DNA of 64,000 bases. It comes from Acidimicrobiia bacterium (GTDB taxonomy: Bacteria > Actinomycetota > Acidimicrobiia > Acidimicrobiales > Bin134). The stretch is taken from NCBI GenBank assembly GCA_022825005.1, contig JAJDYU010000046.1, forward strand, positions 18,140 through 82,139, read 5' to 3'. The position numbers were made by a program, and so were the translations under genes. This document shows, one piece after another, positions 45,943-55,201 of the stretch. Below the pieces are notes generated by a model that saw only the letters and a list, made by a program, of their open reading frames with translations, had not been told where the DNA came from and did no database searches. Each line of letters starts with the position of its first letter. Positions within the stretch are counted from its first letter, which is position 1.

Positions 45943-45968
45943 ACTTAGCTTAGTTCGATAAACTAAGT
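45943..45968. promoter_or_regulatory. inverted/direct repeat cluster upstream of vapB (candidate autoregulatory operator)
   Basis: ACTTAG-CTTAG-TTCGATAAA-CTAAGT, 23-48 nt upstream of the vapB start. Confidence 0.5.
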
Positions 45969-46027
45969 CTAGTGGCTTTCTGGGGTTTTGCCCGTTCTTG
46001 CCCGAGGGCTGCAATGGAACATGACCT

Positions 46028-46612
46028 ATGATCATCGCCATGGCCTCTTGGAGCACCTGGAAAGCACCTAGTCTTGTTGCCTTGATCTTCTTGGTGGCCG
46101 CAGCCTGCGGGGGTGACGGCGATGGGCAGGTATACGAGGCCGACGGGGTTGGTGGCACATCCTCAGCCAACCTTGTCAACCCAGATGGCGACGTTGTGGG
46201 CAGCGCCGAGTTTGAGCAGGGGCCGACTGGGGTACTGATTACGATGTCGATGAACGGCCTCACCCCCGGCGCGCACGGCATTCATCTGCACGAATTCGGC
46301 GCCTGCACTCCCGACTTCAAAGCGGCTGGCGGTCACCTCACAGCTACCGATGAGGCGCAACACGGCTTGAAGAACCCTGAGCGCACTGTGGACAACCACG
46401 ACAACGGCGACCTGCCCAACCTGTACGCGGCGGCTGATGGCATCGCCCAAGCGGAGTTCTTCACCTCGCTGGTGACCATTTCCGGAGGGTCAATGCCCGC
46501 ACTGCTCGATGCCGACGGCTCCACTTTGGTCATCCACGAGAACCCAGACGATCACCTCACCCAGCCCATCGGCGGCGCCGGCGGCCGCGTCGGCTGCGGC
46601 ATCATCCGCTAA
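46028..46612 (+). CDS. sodC: Cu/Zn superoxide dismutase lipoprotein
   Basis: Lipobox LVAAAC GGDG. HGIHLHEFGAC, HDNGDLPNL, LVIHENPDD, GGAGGRVGCGII. Confidence 0.9.
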   Translation: MIIAMASWSTWKAPSLVALIFLVAAACGGDGDGQVYEADGVGGTSSANLVNPDGDVVGSAEFEQGPTGVLITMSMNGLTPGAHGIHLHEFGACTPDFKAAGGHLTATDEAQHGLKNPERTVDNHDNGDLPNLYAAADGIAQAEFFTSLVTISGGSMPALLDADGSTLVIHENPDDHLTQPIGGAGGRVGCGIIR

Positions 46613-46626
46613 CCGGCGAGCAGTTC

Positions 46627-47070
46627 TCAGCAATTCCCCAGCCGCAAGGCCGCCCGCACCGATCGCTCCACCGCATCGGCAACAGTTTCCGGGTTTTCGT
46701 GTTCCCAGAAGCGCAGCACGGTCCAGCCGGCTTCTTGGAGGTGGGCGTCGGTGTCCTGGTCGCGGGCAATGTTGCCGGTGATCTTGTTGGACCAGTATTC
46801 GGGGTTGGTGGCCGGCTGGGTGTGGTGTTCCGGGCAGCCGTGCCAGTAGCAGCCGTCTACGAACACCGCGATCTTGGCCTTGCGGAATACCAGATCGGCC
46901 GTCCGCCGCAGCTCCGGCAGCGGCCGAGCCGCCACCCGATAACGCAATCCCCGCCGATGCACCGCCGAGCGAACCGCCAATTCCGGCTTGGTGTCGCGGC
47001 TGCGGTTCCCCTGCATCGACTTTCGGGTTGCCACCGAAGAAGCCCAAGAGTCGTCCGGCAACCCGCTCAT
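46627..47070 (-). CDS. vsr: very-short-patch repair endonuclease
   Basis: MQGNRSRDTKPELAVRSAVHRRGLRYR, ADLVFRKAKIAVFVDGCYWHGCPEH, NIARDQDTDAHLQEAGWTVLRFWEHE. Confidence 0.9.
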   Translation of the reverse strand: MSGLPDDSWASSVATRKSMQGNRSRDTKPELAVRSAVHRRGLRYRVAARPLPELRRTADLVFRKAKIAVFVDGCYWHGCPEHHTQPATNPEYWSNKITGNIARDQDTDAHLQEAGWTVLRFWEHENPETVADAVERSVRAALRLGNC

Positions 47071-47105
47071 GAGGCGATGGTATCCATACCCCGCGAAGGG
47101 CGTCC

Positions 47106-48224
47106 TCAGCCGATGGTGATTAGTTCGGGGAGGGTGCGGTGGTTGGAGAACAGGGTGGAGGCGGGGGTGGCGCCGGAGAGGGCGTCGGCGGCCAGGATGA
47201 CGGCGGCGGCGGTGTAAGAGGTGCGCTCATCGGCGGGGAAGTGGACGCGTTCGGGGTGGACCATGCCGGTGAAGTAGGAGCCGTCGTCGGCTCGCAGGTT
47301 TTGCACCCACTCGAACATCTCGGCGGCGATATCTCGTCGGCCCACGCCGAGATGGGCGATAACGCTTTCGCAGGTCTCCGCGGCGGTGACCCAGGGCCTG
47401 TCCGACACGCAGCGAACCCCGAGGCCGTCCATCACGAAGGTGTCGAAGCGGGAGGCCAGCATGGTGCGGCCCTCTTGGCCGGTGACCACACCGGCCAAAA
47501 CGGGGTAGTACCAGTCCATGGCCCAGCGGTGCTTGGGGGCGAAGGCGTCGGGCTGGGTGCGGATCACGTCGGCCAGCCGGGCGGCGCTCAGCTCCCAGTC
47601 GGGCCGCTCGTGGCCCAACTCCTCGCCGGTGGCGATGGCCGCTCGCAGGCTGTGGCAGATGCTGGACGAACCCGTGAGCAGAGCGAACGACCAAGGTGTG
47701 CCGTCGTTGTGGCGGGCCCAACGAATCTCGCCGCGGGGGAGCTGCAAATCGAGCACGAAGTCCACGGCCCGCTCCACCACCGGCCACATGCTCTCCAAGA
47801 AGCTCCGCTCGCGGGTACACAGGTAGTGGTGCCACACACCGGCAGCCACGTAGGCCACGCAGTTGGCGTCTAGCTTGTCTTGCTCCACGCCGTCGGCCAC
47901 GTAGTACTGGTGCCAGGCACCGTCGGGGCGCTGGTGGTCCGCCAACCACTGGTAGGCCCGCTCGGCTTCGGTCCGGCGGCCCATCACGGTGAGGGCCATG
48001 GCGGCTTCCACGTGATTCCACGGGTCGGCATGGCCGCCGGGGAACCAGGGGATCATCCCGTTGGACAATTGCCAATCGGCGATGCTGTCGGCCGTTTGCG
48101 CCAATTCGGATGCCGACAAGACGCCGGCCACGCAAGGCCCGTCGGAATCGCTGCCTCCGGGGGTGGGGGAGCCAGCATCGGCAAGCTCGGTCTCCCTGTG
48201 GTTGTGGGGTTCAGACGGCGACAA
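47106..48224 (-). CDS. alpha/alpha-toroid protein (prenyltransferase/squalene-oxidase-repeat-like or glycoside-hydrolase-like)
   Basis: Repeated aromatic-rich helical hairpins: WQLSNGMIPWF, QRPDGAWHQYY, DGTPWSF, WAMDWYYPVL, RADDGSYFTG. Fold assignment is by pattern only. Confidence 0.55.
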   Translation of the reverse strand: MSPSEPHNHRETELADAGSPTPGGSDSDGPCVAGVLSASELAQTADSIADWQLSNGMIPWFPGGHADPWNHVEAAMALTVMGRRTEAERAYQWLADHQRPDGAWHQYYVADGVEQDKLDANCVAYVAAGVWHHYLCTRERSFLESMWPVVERAVDFVLDLQLPRGEIRWARHNDGTPWSFALLTGSSSICHSLRAAIATGEELGHERPDWELSAARLADVIRTQPDAFAPKHRWAMDWYYPVLAGVVTGQEGRTMLASRFDTFVMDGLGVRCVSDRPWVTAAETCESVIAHLGVGRRDIAAEMFEWVQNLRADDGSYFTGMVHPERVHFPADERTSYTAAAVILAADALSGATPASTLFSNHRTLPELITIG

Positions 48225-48963
48225 GCTCGGTCTCCCTTGAACTCTGTGATCCTGGCTTCCGGCTATAAAGAACCAGGCTCTTGCCCAGCACTGGACTCAG
48301 GACCCGTTCGGCTAATTGGGTGATTCTCGGTTGGCGAACAATATCCCATTCCAATAGCCGGCGATAAGCCGCCACCAGCCGGTGGTCGTCGCGGTTGGGG
48401 CCGACCGCGCACCGCAACCACCAATAGGGGCTGTGCAGCGCGTGGGCGTGATGACCCGAGTAGGGGGCCAGGCCGGCGCGTCGCAACCGGTTGCGGAGCT
48501 CGCTGCGCCGGTAAATTCGCACATGCCCGCCCACCGCCTTGGGGGCGTGATACTCATCCGACAGGGCCCAGCACACCTTCTCGGGGAACCAGGTGGGCAC
48601 CGTCACCGCCAGTACCCCGCCGGGGCGCAGGATCCGGGTCAGCTCGGCCAGCGCCTGCTCGTCGGAGTCCACGTGCTCCAGCACCTCGGAGGCGATGACC
48701 CGGTCGAACGACTGGTCGGGAAACGGCAGGCGGGTGGCATCGCCCTGAGTCGCCTGACAGGTTCCGTGGTACTGCTCGCCAGAGTCGGACATGGCCGCGA
48801 AAGTGGCCCGAACCTCGGCCAATTCGGCCGACGCCAGGTCGCAGGCCACCACATGGGCGCCCCGCCGGGCGGCCTCATAGGCATGACGCCCGAACCCGCA
48901 TCCCAGATCGAGCAGCCGTTCGTCCGGCTTCAAGCCCAAGCGGTTGTAGTCAACGGTCAGCAT
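48211..48963 (-). CDS. class I SAM-dependent methyltransferase (Methyltransf_11-like)
   Basis: LLDLGCGFGRH (motif I), VVACDL, DRVIASEVLEHV, LRPGGVLAVTVP. Confidence 0.82.
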   Translation of the reverse strand: MLTVDYNRLGLKPDERLLDLGCGFGRHAYEAARRGAHVVACDLASAELAEVRATFAAMSDSGEQYHGTCQATQGDATRLPFPDQSFDRVIASEVLEHVDSDEQALAELTRILRPGGVLAVTVPTWFPEKVCWALSDEYHAPKAVGGHVRIYRRSELRNRLRRAGLAPYSGHHAHALHSPYWWLRCAVGPNRDDHRLVAAYRRLLEWDIVRQPRITQLAERVLSPVLGKSLVLYSRKPGSQSSRETELVAV

Positions 48964-49011
48964 GGCCAGTTCCCAGGGTGCAGTCTCAGAAGCCGCCGAA
49001 AGAAGTCGTCG

Positions 49012-50277
49012 TTATCGGCCAGGCCGCCACTCGTCGAGCAGCGCCCGGTAGTGCTCCACCGTCTGCTCGGCGGTGTGGCGCCAGCTCCACCGGCTGATCA
49101 CCCGCTCCCGCCCGGCTGCGCCGATGCGGGCGGCCATGGCCGGATCATCAAGCACCCGGTTCAGCGCGGCGGCCAGCGCTTCGCTGTCGCCGGGCAGTAC
49201 CGAAACGCAGGTCTCGCCGTCGGTACCGGCCACCTCGGGCAGCGCCCCACCAGTGGTGGCCACCAGCGGCGTGCCGCTGCACATGGCCTCGATGGCCGGC
49301 AGCGAGAACCCCTCGTACAGCGACGGCACCACCGCCACCGAGCTGGTGGCGTACAGCTCCACGATGCGCTCGTCGGGCACCCCGGAGATGAACTCCACCA
49401 CCTGGCTCAGGCCCAGGCTGTGGATGGCTTCGGCAGAAGTGCCCCCTTCGCGGGGTTTGCCAATGACGATAAGGCGTACGTCCCGCTCGGTACGCAACTT
49501 GGCCACTGCTTCCAACAGGTAGCGCAGCCCCTTCATGGGTACATCCGCGCTGGCGGTGGTGATGATCTGCTGTGGGTTGCGGTCCACGCCGGGCAGCGGG
49601 CGGAACTGCTCGGGGTCCACACCCACCGGAACCACATGCATCAGGTGGCGGGGCACCTTTTGGTCTCGGGCGATGTCGTCGCGTGACGACTCCGACACGG
49701 TGATGATGCGCCGCAGGCGCTTGGCCACCCGAGCCTGCATGCGGGTGAAGGAGTACCAGCGCCGCTTGCCCAGCCGCTCCACCGGGCCCCGGGCGTGCTC
49801 GAGCTCTAGTTGGCGGTCGACGGTGATGGGGTGGTGGATGGTGCCCAGAACCGGCAGCCCATCCCGTTCCATGGCCAGCAGCCCGTAGCCCAGCGACTGG
49901 TTGTCGTGAACCAGGTCGAAGTCCCCGATCCGGGAGCGCAGCATCTGCCACGCCCGGATGGAGAAGGCCAGCGGCTCCGAGAATGCCCCGGTCATGAACG
50001 AACCCACCTCTGCGGCGTCGGCCCAAGACTTGATCTCCCAGAATCCGGGCATCCGTCCTGGGTAGGCGTCGTTGAAGATGTCCAGGCTGGGGAGCTGGTG
50101 CAGCGGAACTCGGTCGTCAAGCACGGGATAGGGCTGCCCGCTCAGCACTTCCACATGGTGGCCGAGGTCGGTCAACGCCCGGCTCAGGTGGTGGACGTAC
50201 ACCCCCTGTCCGCCGCAGTGGGGCTTGCCCCGATACGACAAAAGGGCGATTTTCAGAGGCTGATCGGCCGGGGCCAT
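49012..50277 (-). CDS. GT4-family glycosyltransferase
   Basis: KPHCGGQGVYVHHLSRAL, GKPREGG, YEGFSLPAIEAMCSGTPLVAT (E-x7-E). Confidence 0.85.
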   Translation of the reverse strand: MAPADQPLKIALLSYRGKPHCGGQGVYVHHLSRALTDLGHHVEVLSGQPYPVLDDRVPLHQLPSLDIFNDAYPGRMPGFWEIKSWADAAEVGSFMTGAFSEPLAFSIRAWQMLRSRIGDFDLVHDNQSLGYGLLAMERDGLPVLGTIHHPITVDRQLELEHARGPVERLGKRRWYSFTRMQARVAKRLRRIITVSESSRDDIARDQKVPRHLMHVVPVGVDPEQFRPLPGVDRNPQQIITTASADVPMKGLRYLLEAVAKLRTERDVRLIVIGKPREGGTSAEAIHSLGLSQVVEFISGVPDERIVELYATSSVAVVPSLYEGFSLPAIEAMCSGTPLVATTGGALPEVAGTDGETCVSVLPGDSEALAAALNRVLDDPAMAARIGAAGRERVISRWSWRHTAEQTVEHYRALLDEWRPGR

Positions 50278-50352
50278 AACCCTACAAGGCTCTCGGAATT
50301 GAGCGGGTTTGGCAAATGCTCAACTACCGAAAAGGGCCGCTATCTTGGCGCC

Positions 50353-50790
50353 GTGCGAGCGTTAGTGCAGCGGGCCGCGGAGGCCCGGGTTCGGGTGGAC
50401 GGCGAGGTGATCGGGGAGATCGGCCCCGGCCTGTGCTGCTTGATCGGCGTGACCCATGACGACGACGCCGACACGGTGAAAAAGATGGCTGGCAAGCTCT
50501 GGAACCTGCGCATCTTCACCGACGAAAACGGCCACATGAACCTCTCGGCGGCCGACACCGGCGGCGAACTGCTGGTGGTGAGCCAGTTCACCCTTTACGG
50601 CGACACCAGCCGGGGCCGCCGCCCCTCATTCCTGGCCGCTGCCGCCCCCGACCAAGCCGCCGGACTGATTGACAACCTCGTAACCGAGCTCCGCACCCTC
50701 GGCGCCACCGTGGCTATCGGCTCCTTTGGCGCCATGATGGCCGTAGAGCTGATCAACGACGGCCCCGTCACCCTGATGGTGGAGGTCTAG
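50353..50790 (+). CDS. dtd: D-aminoacyl-tRNA deacylase
   Basis: (V)RALVQRA, GLCCLIGVTHDD, VVSQFTLYGDT, RRPSF, INDGPVTL. GTG start inside track ORF 49810..50790. Confidence 0.9.
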   Translation: MRALVQRAAEARVRVDGEVIGEIGPGLCCLIGVTHDDDADTVKKMAGKLWNLRIFTDENGHMNLSAADTGGELLVVSQFTLYGDTSRGRRPSFLAAAAPDQAAGLIDNLVTELRTLGATVAIGSFGAMMAVELINDGPVTLMVEV

Positions 50791-50801
50791 TACGCCCCTA
50801 G

Positions 50802-52286
50802 TCAGCGGGCTTTTCGGCGTGGAGCTGTGGTGTCCCGTGAATGGAATGCCCATGCCGCGGCCAGGGCGGCCAGTGCTAGGGCGATCATGGGCCAGGGGCC
50901 GGCTCTCGTGGCGAGGGTTTGGCCGGTGCGGAGTTCGATTTCGGCCTGGATGACCTTGCGCTCGGAGACGGCGGTGCGCTGGTAGACGTTGCCGTCGGGG
51001 TCGACGAAGGCGCTGAACCCGGTGGGGGCCGACTGCACTACCCAGCGGCCGCTCTCCATGGCTCGCAGTCGGGAGCTGGCGATTTGCTGGGTCTGCACGA
51101 TGGTGAGCCAGTAGCTGGCCCCGTTGGTGGGGTTCAACAGCACTTCGCCGCCGTTGCCGATGGCGTCTCGGGCCCGGTCCTCGAAGAAGATCTCCCAGCT
51201 TATGGACACCCCGAGGCGGCCCACGGGGGTGTCCACCACCGCGGGGGTGTCACCCCGGCGCATGTCTCGGGCCGGCAGGTAGTCGGGGGCCAGGGGCTCG
51301 ATCATCGACCGCAGGGGTACGTACTCCCCGAACGGCACCAGCCTCACCTTGTCGTAGCGGCCTACTTGGGTGCCGTCGGGAGCGAACACCGCGGCGAAGT
51401 TGGCCGCCTCGGTGGCCGACACGTCCTCAACCACGCCGGCCACCACTGTGGCGTTGAGTTCTTGGGCCAGCTCAGCCAGCCGGATCCGCTCCTCGCTGCT
51501 GGCGAACAGACCATGCACGTCCACCACGTCTTCGGGCCACACCACCAAATCCACCGGCGTTTGCACCAGTTGGCTGGCCTCCAAGTGTCTTTCGAACACC
51601 ACCCCCGGTTCAGTGTTCGCGGCCCGAGTCCGCTGCGGCCCGCCGCCCTGAACCACGGCGACGTCGATGGTGCCGTTGGCTGATCCCCGGGGGGCCAGCG
51701 ACCCCCAGCCCCAAAACCCCAACACCACCACCGCCAGGGCCAGCGCCGCCTGCCACCGGCGATCTAGCGCGGCGGCCAGCACCATGGCGATGGTCACACA
51801 CACGCCCACCAGCAGCAACGGCCCGAGCACCCGCACGGTGGTGGCCCACGGGGTATCCACCTGACTCATGGGCAAAGTGGCCAGCGGCACACCGCCGAAC
51901 GGCCACCGCCACCGGATGGCTCCGGCCAGCACAAACAGACCGGGCAGCGCCACCCACCGGGTGCGACCCGGCGGGCAAGCCGCCCCGGCTAGGCCGTACA
52001 GCGCGGAGAACACCACACACACCGCCAGATAGCCGGGCAGGGTGAAATCCACCATCCAGAACGTGGCCGGGAACAGCCAGCCTGCCCCGAACCCGAGACC
52101 TCGCCATGCTCGGGCCCATACCGGCTGGTCGGCAATCAGGCGCTCAAGGGCCACCAGCCCGACCAGGGCCAGAGGCCACCATCCCCACGGCGGCATCGAC
52201 AGCGACACCAGCCCGCCCGCGGCCAAAGAGCCTGCCGCGGTCCAGCCGCTGGTGCGGGCCCAGACCGCCAACTTCGGACTGCTCAT
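50802..52286 (-). CDS. lnt: apolipoprotein N-acyltransferase
   Basis: Multi-TM N-domain plus a CN-hydrolase domain (VAVVQGG, VVWPE, ISWEIFF). 494 aa. Confidence 0.82.
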   Translation of the reverse strand: MSSPKLAVWARTSGWTAAGSLAAGGLVSLSMPPWGWWPLALVGLVALERLIADQPVWARAWRGLGFGAGWLFPATFWMVDFTLPGYLAVCVVFSALYGLAGAACPPGRTRWVALPGLFVLAGAIRWRWPFGGVPLATLPMSQVDTPWATTVRVLGPLLLVGVCVTIAMVLAAALDRRWQAALALAVVVLGFWGWGSLAPRGSANGTIDVAVVQGGGPQRTRAANTEPGVVFERHLEASQLVQTPVDLVVWPEDVVDVHGLFASSEERIRLAELAQELNATVVAGVVEDVSATEAANFAAVFAPDGTQVGRYDKVRLVPFGEYVPLRSMIEPLAPDYLPARDMRRGDTPAVVDTPVGRLGVSISWEIFFEDRARDAIGNGGEVLLNPTNGASYWLTIVQTQQIASSRLRAMESGRWVVQSAPTGFSAFVDPDGNVYQRTAVSERKVIQAEIELRTGQTLATRAGPWPMIALALAALAAAWAFHSRDTTAPRRKAR

Positions 52287-52293
52287 TGGAGAC

Positions 52294-53628
52294 TCATCGG
52301 GCCACCGCGCCGTCAGACACGCTGGCCCGAGCCGCCTGTCGGCCCTGGTTGATGCAGGCCGGAATCCCCAACCCCCGAGCCCAGGCCCCAGTCACTTGCA
52401 ACCAGGGAGCATCTTGAGCCAGCGCCCGCTCGATGTTGGCCACCAACTCCAGATGGCCGGGCCGGAACTGGGGCAGCGACCGCTCCCAGCGACTGATGCG
52501 CACCTCGTGAGGCTCGGCGTTCAAGCCCATAGTCGCCCCCAAATCGGTCCGCACCGCAGCCAAAACAGCATCATCATCCATGAGCATGGGCCGATTGTCG
52601 CGGTACCGCCCCGCCGATACCCGCAGCACCACCGCGTCGGGGGAGCCCACATGGGCCCATTTGCTCGACGCCCACGAGCAGGCGGTGATGGTCCGCCCTT
52701 CGGCCGCGGGCACCAGATAACCCGACCCCGGCATGGGGTGGTGTACATCGGCGGCATTGAACGCCAGCGACACCAGCACCACCGAGGCGTAGTCGATGCC
52801 GCCCAGCAACTCGGCGGCAGTCGCCGACACCGGGGCCACCAGCGCACTTGCCGCGTCCGCGGGCAGCGTCACGATCACTTGGTCGGCGTCCACCTCACCC
52901 AAGTTGACTACCGGGGACGACAACCGAAGCCGGTGGCCCAGTCGGTCGGCCAACTCGTCGGTCAATCGTCCCACGCCATCGGGCAGCGAGTAGAACACCG
53001 GCGCATTGGGGTCAGCCGTCGATGATGCGGCCAGCTGACGAAGCTCCCGAACCAAGCTGGGGCTCCGGGAAGCGGCTTCGGCCAACTGAGGCACCGCCGC
53101 TCGCACGCTCAGGTCGTCGATTGAAGAGGCGTTGATGCCCCCGATCAGAGGATCCACCAGCCGGTCGGCCACCTCGTCGCCCAAGCGCCGCCGCACCAGC
53201 CCACCCACCGACTCGTCATCGGCCAACGGCGACCCGGCTAGATCGGGTTCCTGGCGGGCCCGGTCCACTCCTTCGGCCGACACGATTCCCGAGGCGGCCA
53301 AGGCATCGAAGTCCAGCGGCACTCCCAGCACATTGGGCTGGGGGATTGCTCGCAGCGCCCCTCGGGAGTACACGAACGCCGCCCGCTGGGCCGGCGAAAC
53401 CAGTTCGCCGGCCAACCCCAGCTCCTGGCACAGTTCCACCGCCCACGGCACCCGGGCCAAGAACGCATCCGCCCCCTCGTCCAGCCGCTGACCGGCCAAC
53501 TCGGTGGAGAGAATCCGCCCGCCAGCCCGCTCGGCCGCCTCGTACACCACCACCTCGGCACCGGCCTTGGCCGCCTCATAGCCCGCGGCCAACCCGGTGA
53601 TGCCCGCCCCGACAACGGCAACTCTCAC
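52294..53628 (-). CDS. hemY: protoporphyrinogen/coproporphyrinogen III oxidase (HemY/CgoX type)
   Basis: VAVVGAGITGLAAGYEA, YEAAERAGGRI. 444 aa. Sits directly downstream of hemE. Confidence 0.85.
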   Translation of the reverse strand: MRVAVVGAGITGLAAGYEAAKAGAEVVVYEAAERAGGRILSTELAGQRLDEGADAFLARVPWAVELCQELGLAGELVSPAQRAAFVYSRGALRAIPQPNVLGVPLDFDALAASGIVSAEGVDRARQEPDLAGSPLADDESVGGLVRRRLGDEVADRLVDPLIGGINASSIDDLSVRAAVPQLAEAASRSPSLVRELRQLAASSTADPNAPVFYSLPDGVGRLTDELADRLGHRLRLSSPVVNLGEVDADQVIVTLPADAASALVAPVSATAAELLGGIDYASVVLVSLAFNAADVHHPMPGSGYLVPAAEGRTITACSWASSKWAHVGSPDAVVLRVSAGRYRDNRPMLMDDDAVLAAVRTDLGATMGLNAEPHEVRISRWERSLPQFRPGHLELVANIERALAQDAPWLQVTGAWARGLGIPACINQGRQAARASVSDGAVAR

Positions 53629-53685
53629 CGGCGCACCCTCATGGCGCGGCCATGCCCTGGGGTACCGCCTCTCCTCCCGCGATTC

Positions 53686-54738
53686 TCACGGCGTGGCCCT
53701 GTACCCGTGTACCAGCTCCACCACCCATTCCAGGGTCTCAGGGTCGGTCTCGGGCAGCACGCCGTGGCCCAGGTTGAACACGTGGCCCGGCTGGCCGGCG
53801 TTGCGGTCGAGCACGTTGGTGGCCCGGTCGGCCACCACCGGCCACGGCGCCAGCACCGCGGCCGGATCCAAGTTGCCCTGCACGGCCACGTCGGGGCCCA
53901 GCCGCTCCCGAGCGTCGTTGAGGTGAACCCTCCAGTCCACCCCCACCACATCGGCTCCGGCCTTGGCCAACAGCTCCAGCAACTCGCCGGTGCCCACCCC
54001 GAAGTGGATGCCCGGCGTCCCATCGTCCCGATTGCCCAGCTCGGCGAATATCCGCTGGCTGGCGGGCAGCACGAACTGCCGGTACTCATCGGGGGCCAGC
54101 GCCCCGGCCCAAGAATCGAACAATTGGAACGCCGATGCCCCCGCGTCGAGCTGCGAGCCGATAGAGGCGATAGCCAGATCGGCCAGACGATCCAACAGCC
54201 CAGCCCACAGGTCGGGCTCGCTGTGCATCAACCGCTTGGTGAGGGCGTGGGTGCGCGACGGCCCCCCCTCCACCAAGTAAGAGGCCATGGTGAAGGGCGC
54301 ACCGGCAAAGGCGATCAGCGGCACATCCAGCTCCACCACCAGGTTGCGAACCGTTTCCAGCACATAGGGGGTGTCGGCATCGGGGTCGAGCGGGCGCAGC
54401 CGATCTAGGTCGCGGGCCTCGCGGAAGGGTCGCTCCACCACCGGCCCCACCCCGGGCACGATGTCGACGCCGAACCCGATGGCGTGGGTGGGAACCACGA
54501 TGTCGGAGTACAAAATGGCCGCGTCCACCCCGTAGCGGCGCACCGGCTGAAGGGTGATCTCGGTGGCCACCTCCGGGCGGGCGATGGTGTCGAGCATCGA
54601 GCCCTCCCCCCGAATGGAGCGGTACTCAGGGAGCGACCGCCCCGCCTGGCGCATGAACCACACCGGCACCCGCTCCACCGGCAGCCCGCGACACGCCCGC
54701 AGAAAAGTGTCGTTGGCGATGGAGGAACCGGCAGCCAC
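53686..54738 (-). CDS. hemE: uroporphyrinogen decarboxylase
   Basis: NDTFLRACRG, VPVWFMRQAGRSLPEY, ITLQPVRRYGVDAAILYSDI. ORF open to 54963. GTG 54738 preferred because codons between ATG 54780 and 54738 have low GC3. Confidence 0.88.
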   Translation of the reverse strand: MAAGSSIANDTFLRACRGLPVERVPVWFMRQAGRSLPEYRSIRGEGSMLDTIARPEVATEITLQPVRRYGVDAAILYSDIVVPTHAIGFGVDIVPGVGPVVERPFREARDLDRLRPLDPDADTPYVLETVRNLVVELDVPLIAFAGAPFTMASYLVEGGPSRTHALTKRLMHSEPDLWAGLLDRLADLAIASIGSQLDAGASAFQLFDSWAGALAPDEYRQFVLPASQRIFAELGNRDDGTPGIHFGVGTGELLELLAKAGADVVGVDWRVHLNDARERLGPDVAVQGNLDPAAVLAPWPVVADRATNVLDRNAGQPGHVFNLGHGVLPETDPETLEWVVELVHGYRATP

Positions 54739-54762
54739 GCATAAACGGTACTGACTTATGGG

Positions 54763-55044
54763 TTGGCCGGTACCATCCATGCGGTGCGCCGGTCTATAGA
54801 CGATTACCCCTTCGACCCTGCCGACCTGCCCCCAAGCGACGACGACGAGTTCTCCCCGGTGTCGTGGGCGGTGGCCATCGCCGACGACTACGAAGACGCC
54901 ATTCCCCGGGTGGTGCTCACCGTGGAGGAGGTGGGCCAGGCCGGGTACGGATTGGTGGCCCACCTGCCCCCCAATCTGGCCCGCCGCCTCCGAGCGGCCA
55001 TCGGCGACGCCCTCAAAGAGATCGGCGAGTCTGTCACGCCATAA
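54763..55044 (+). CDS. small acidic hypothetical protein
   Basis: 93-aa ORF (TTG 54763 or GTG 54784) with coding-like GC3. DDYPFDPADLPPSDDDEFSPVSWAVAIADDYED. Confidence 0.5.
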   Translation: MAGTIHAVRRSIDDYPFDPADLPPSDDDEFSPVSWAVAIADDYEDAIPRVVLTVEEVGQAGYGLVAHLPPNLARRLRAAIGDALKEIGESVTP

Positions 55045-55201
55045 CGGATCAATTTCGTACTAGACTTGAACGTTCACTGATTTCGCGCTCAGTCTGAGGA
55101 GCATCCCGATTCATCCCGATCACACCGCGGAGCAGACCTACATCGATCGGGCCCACCAAGCCCTTGAAACAGCCAGAGAGCGAGCCCTGTCGCTGAAAGA
55201 C

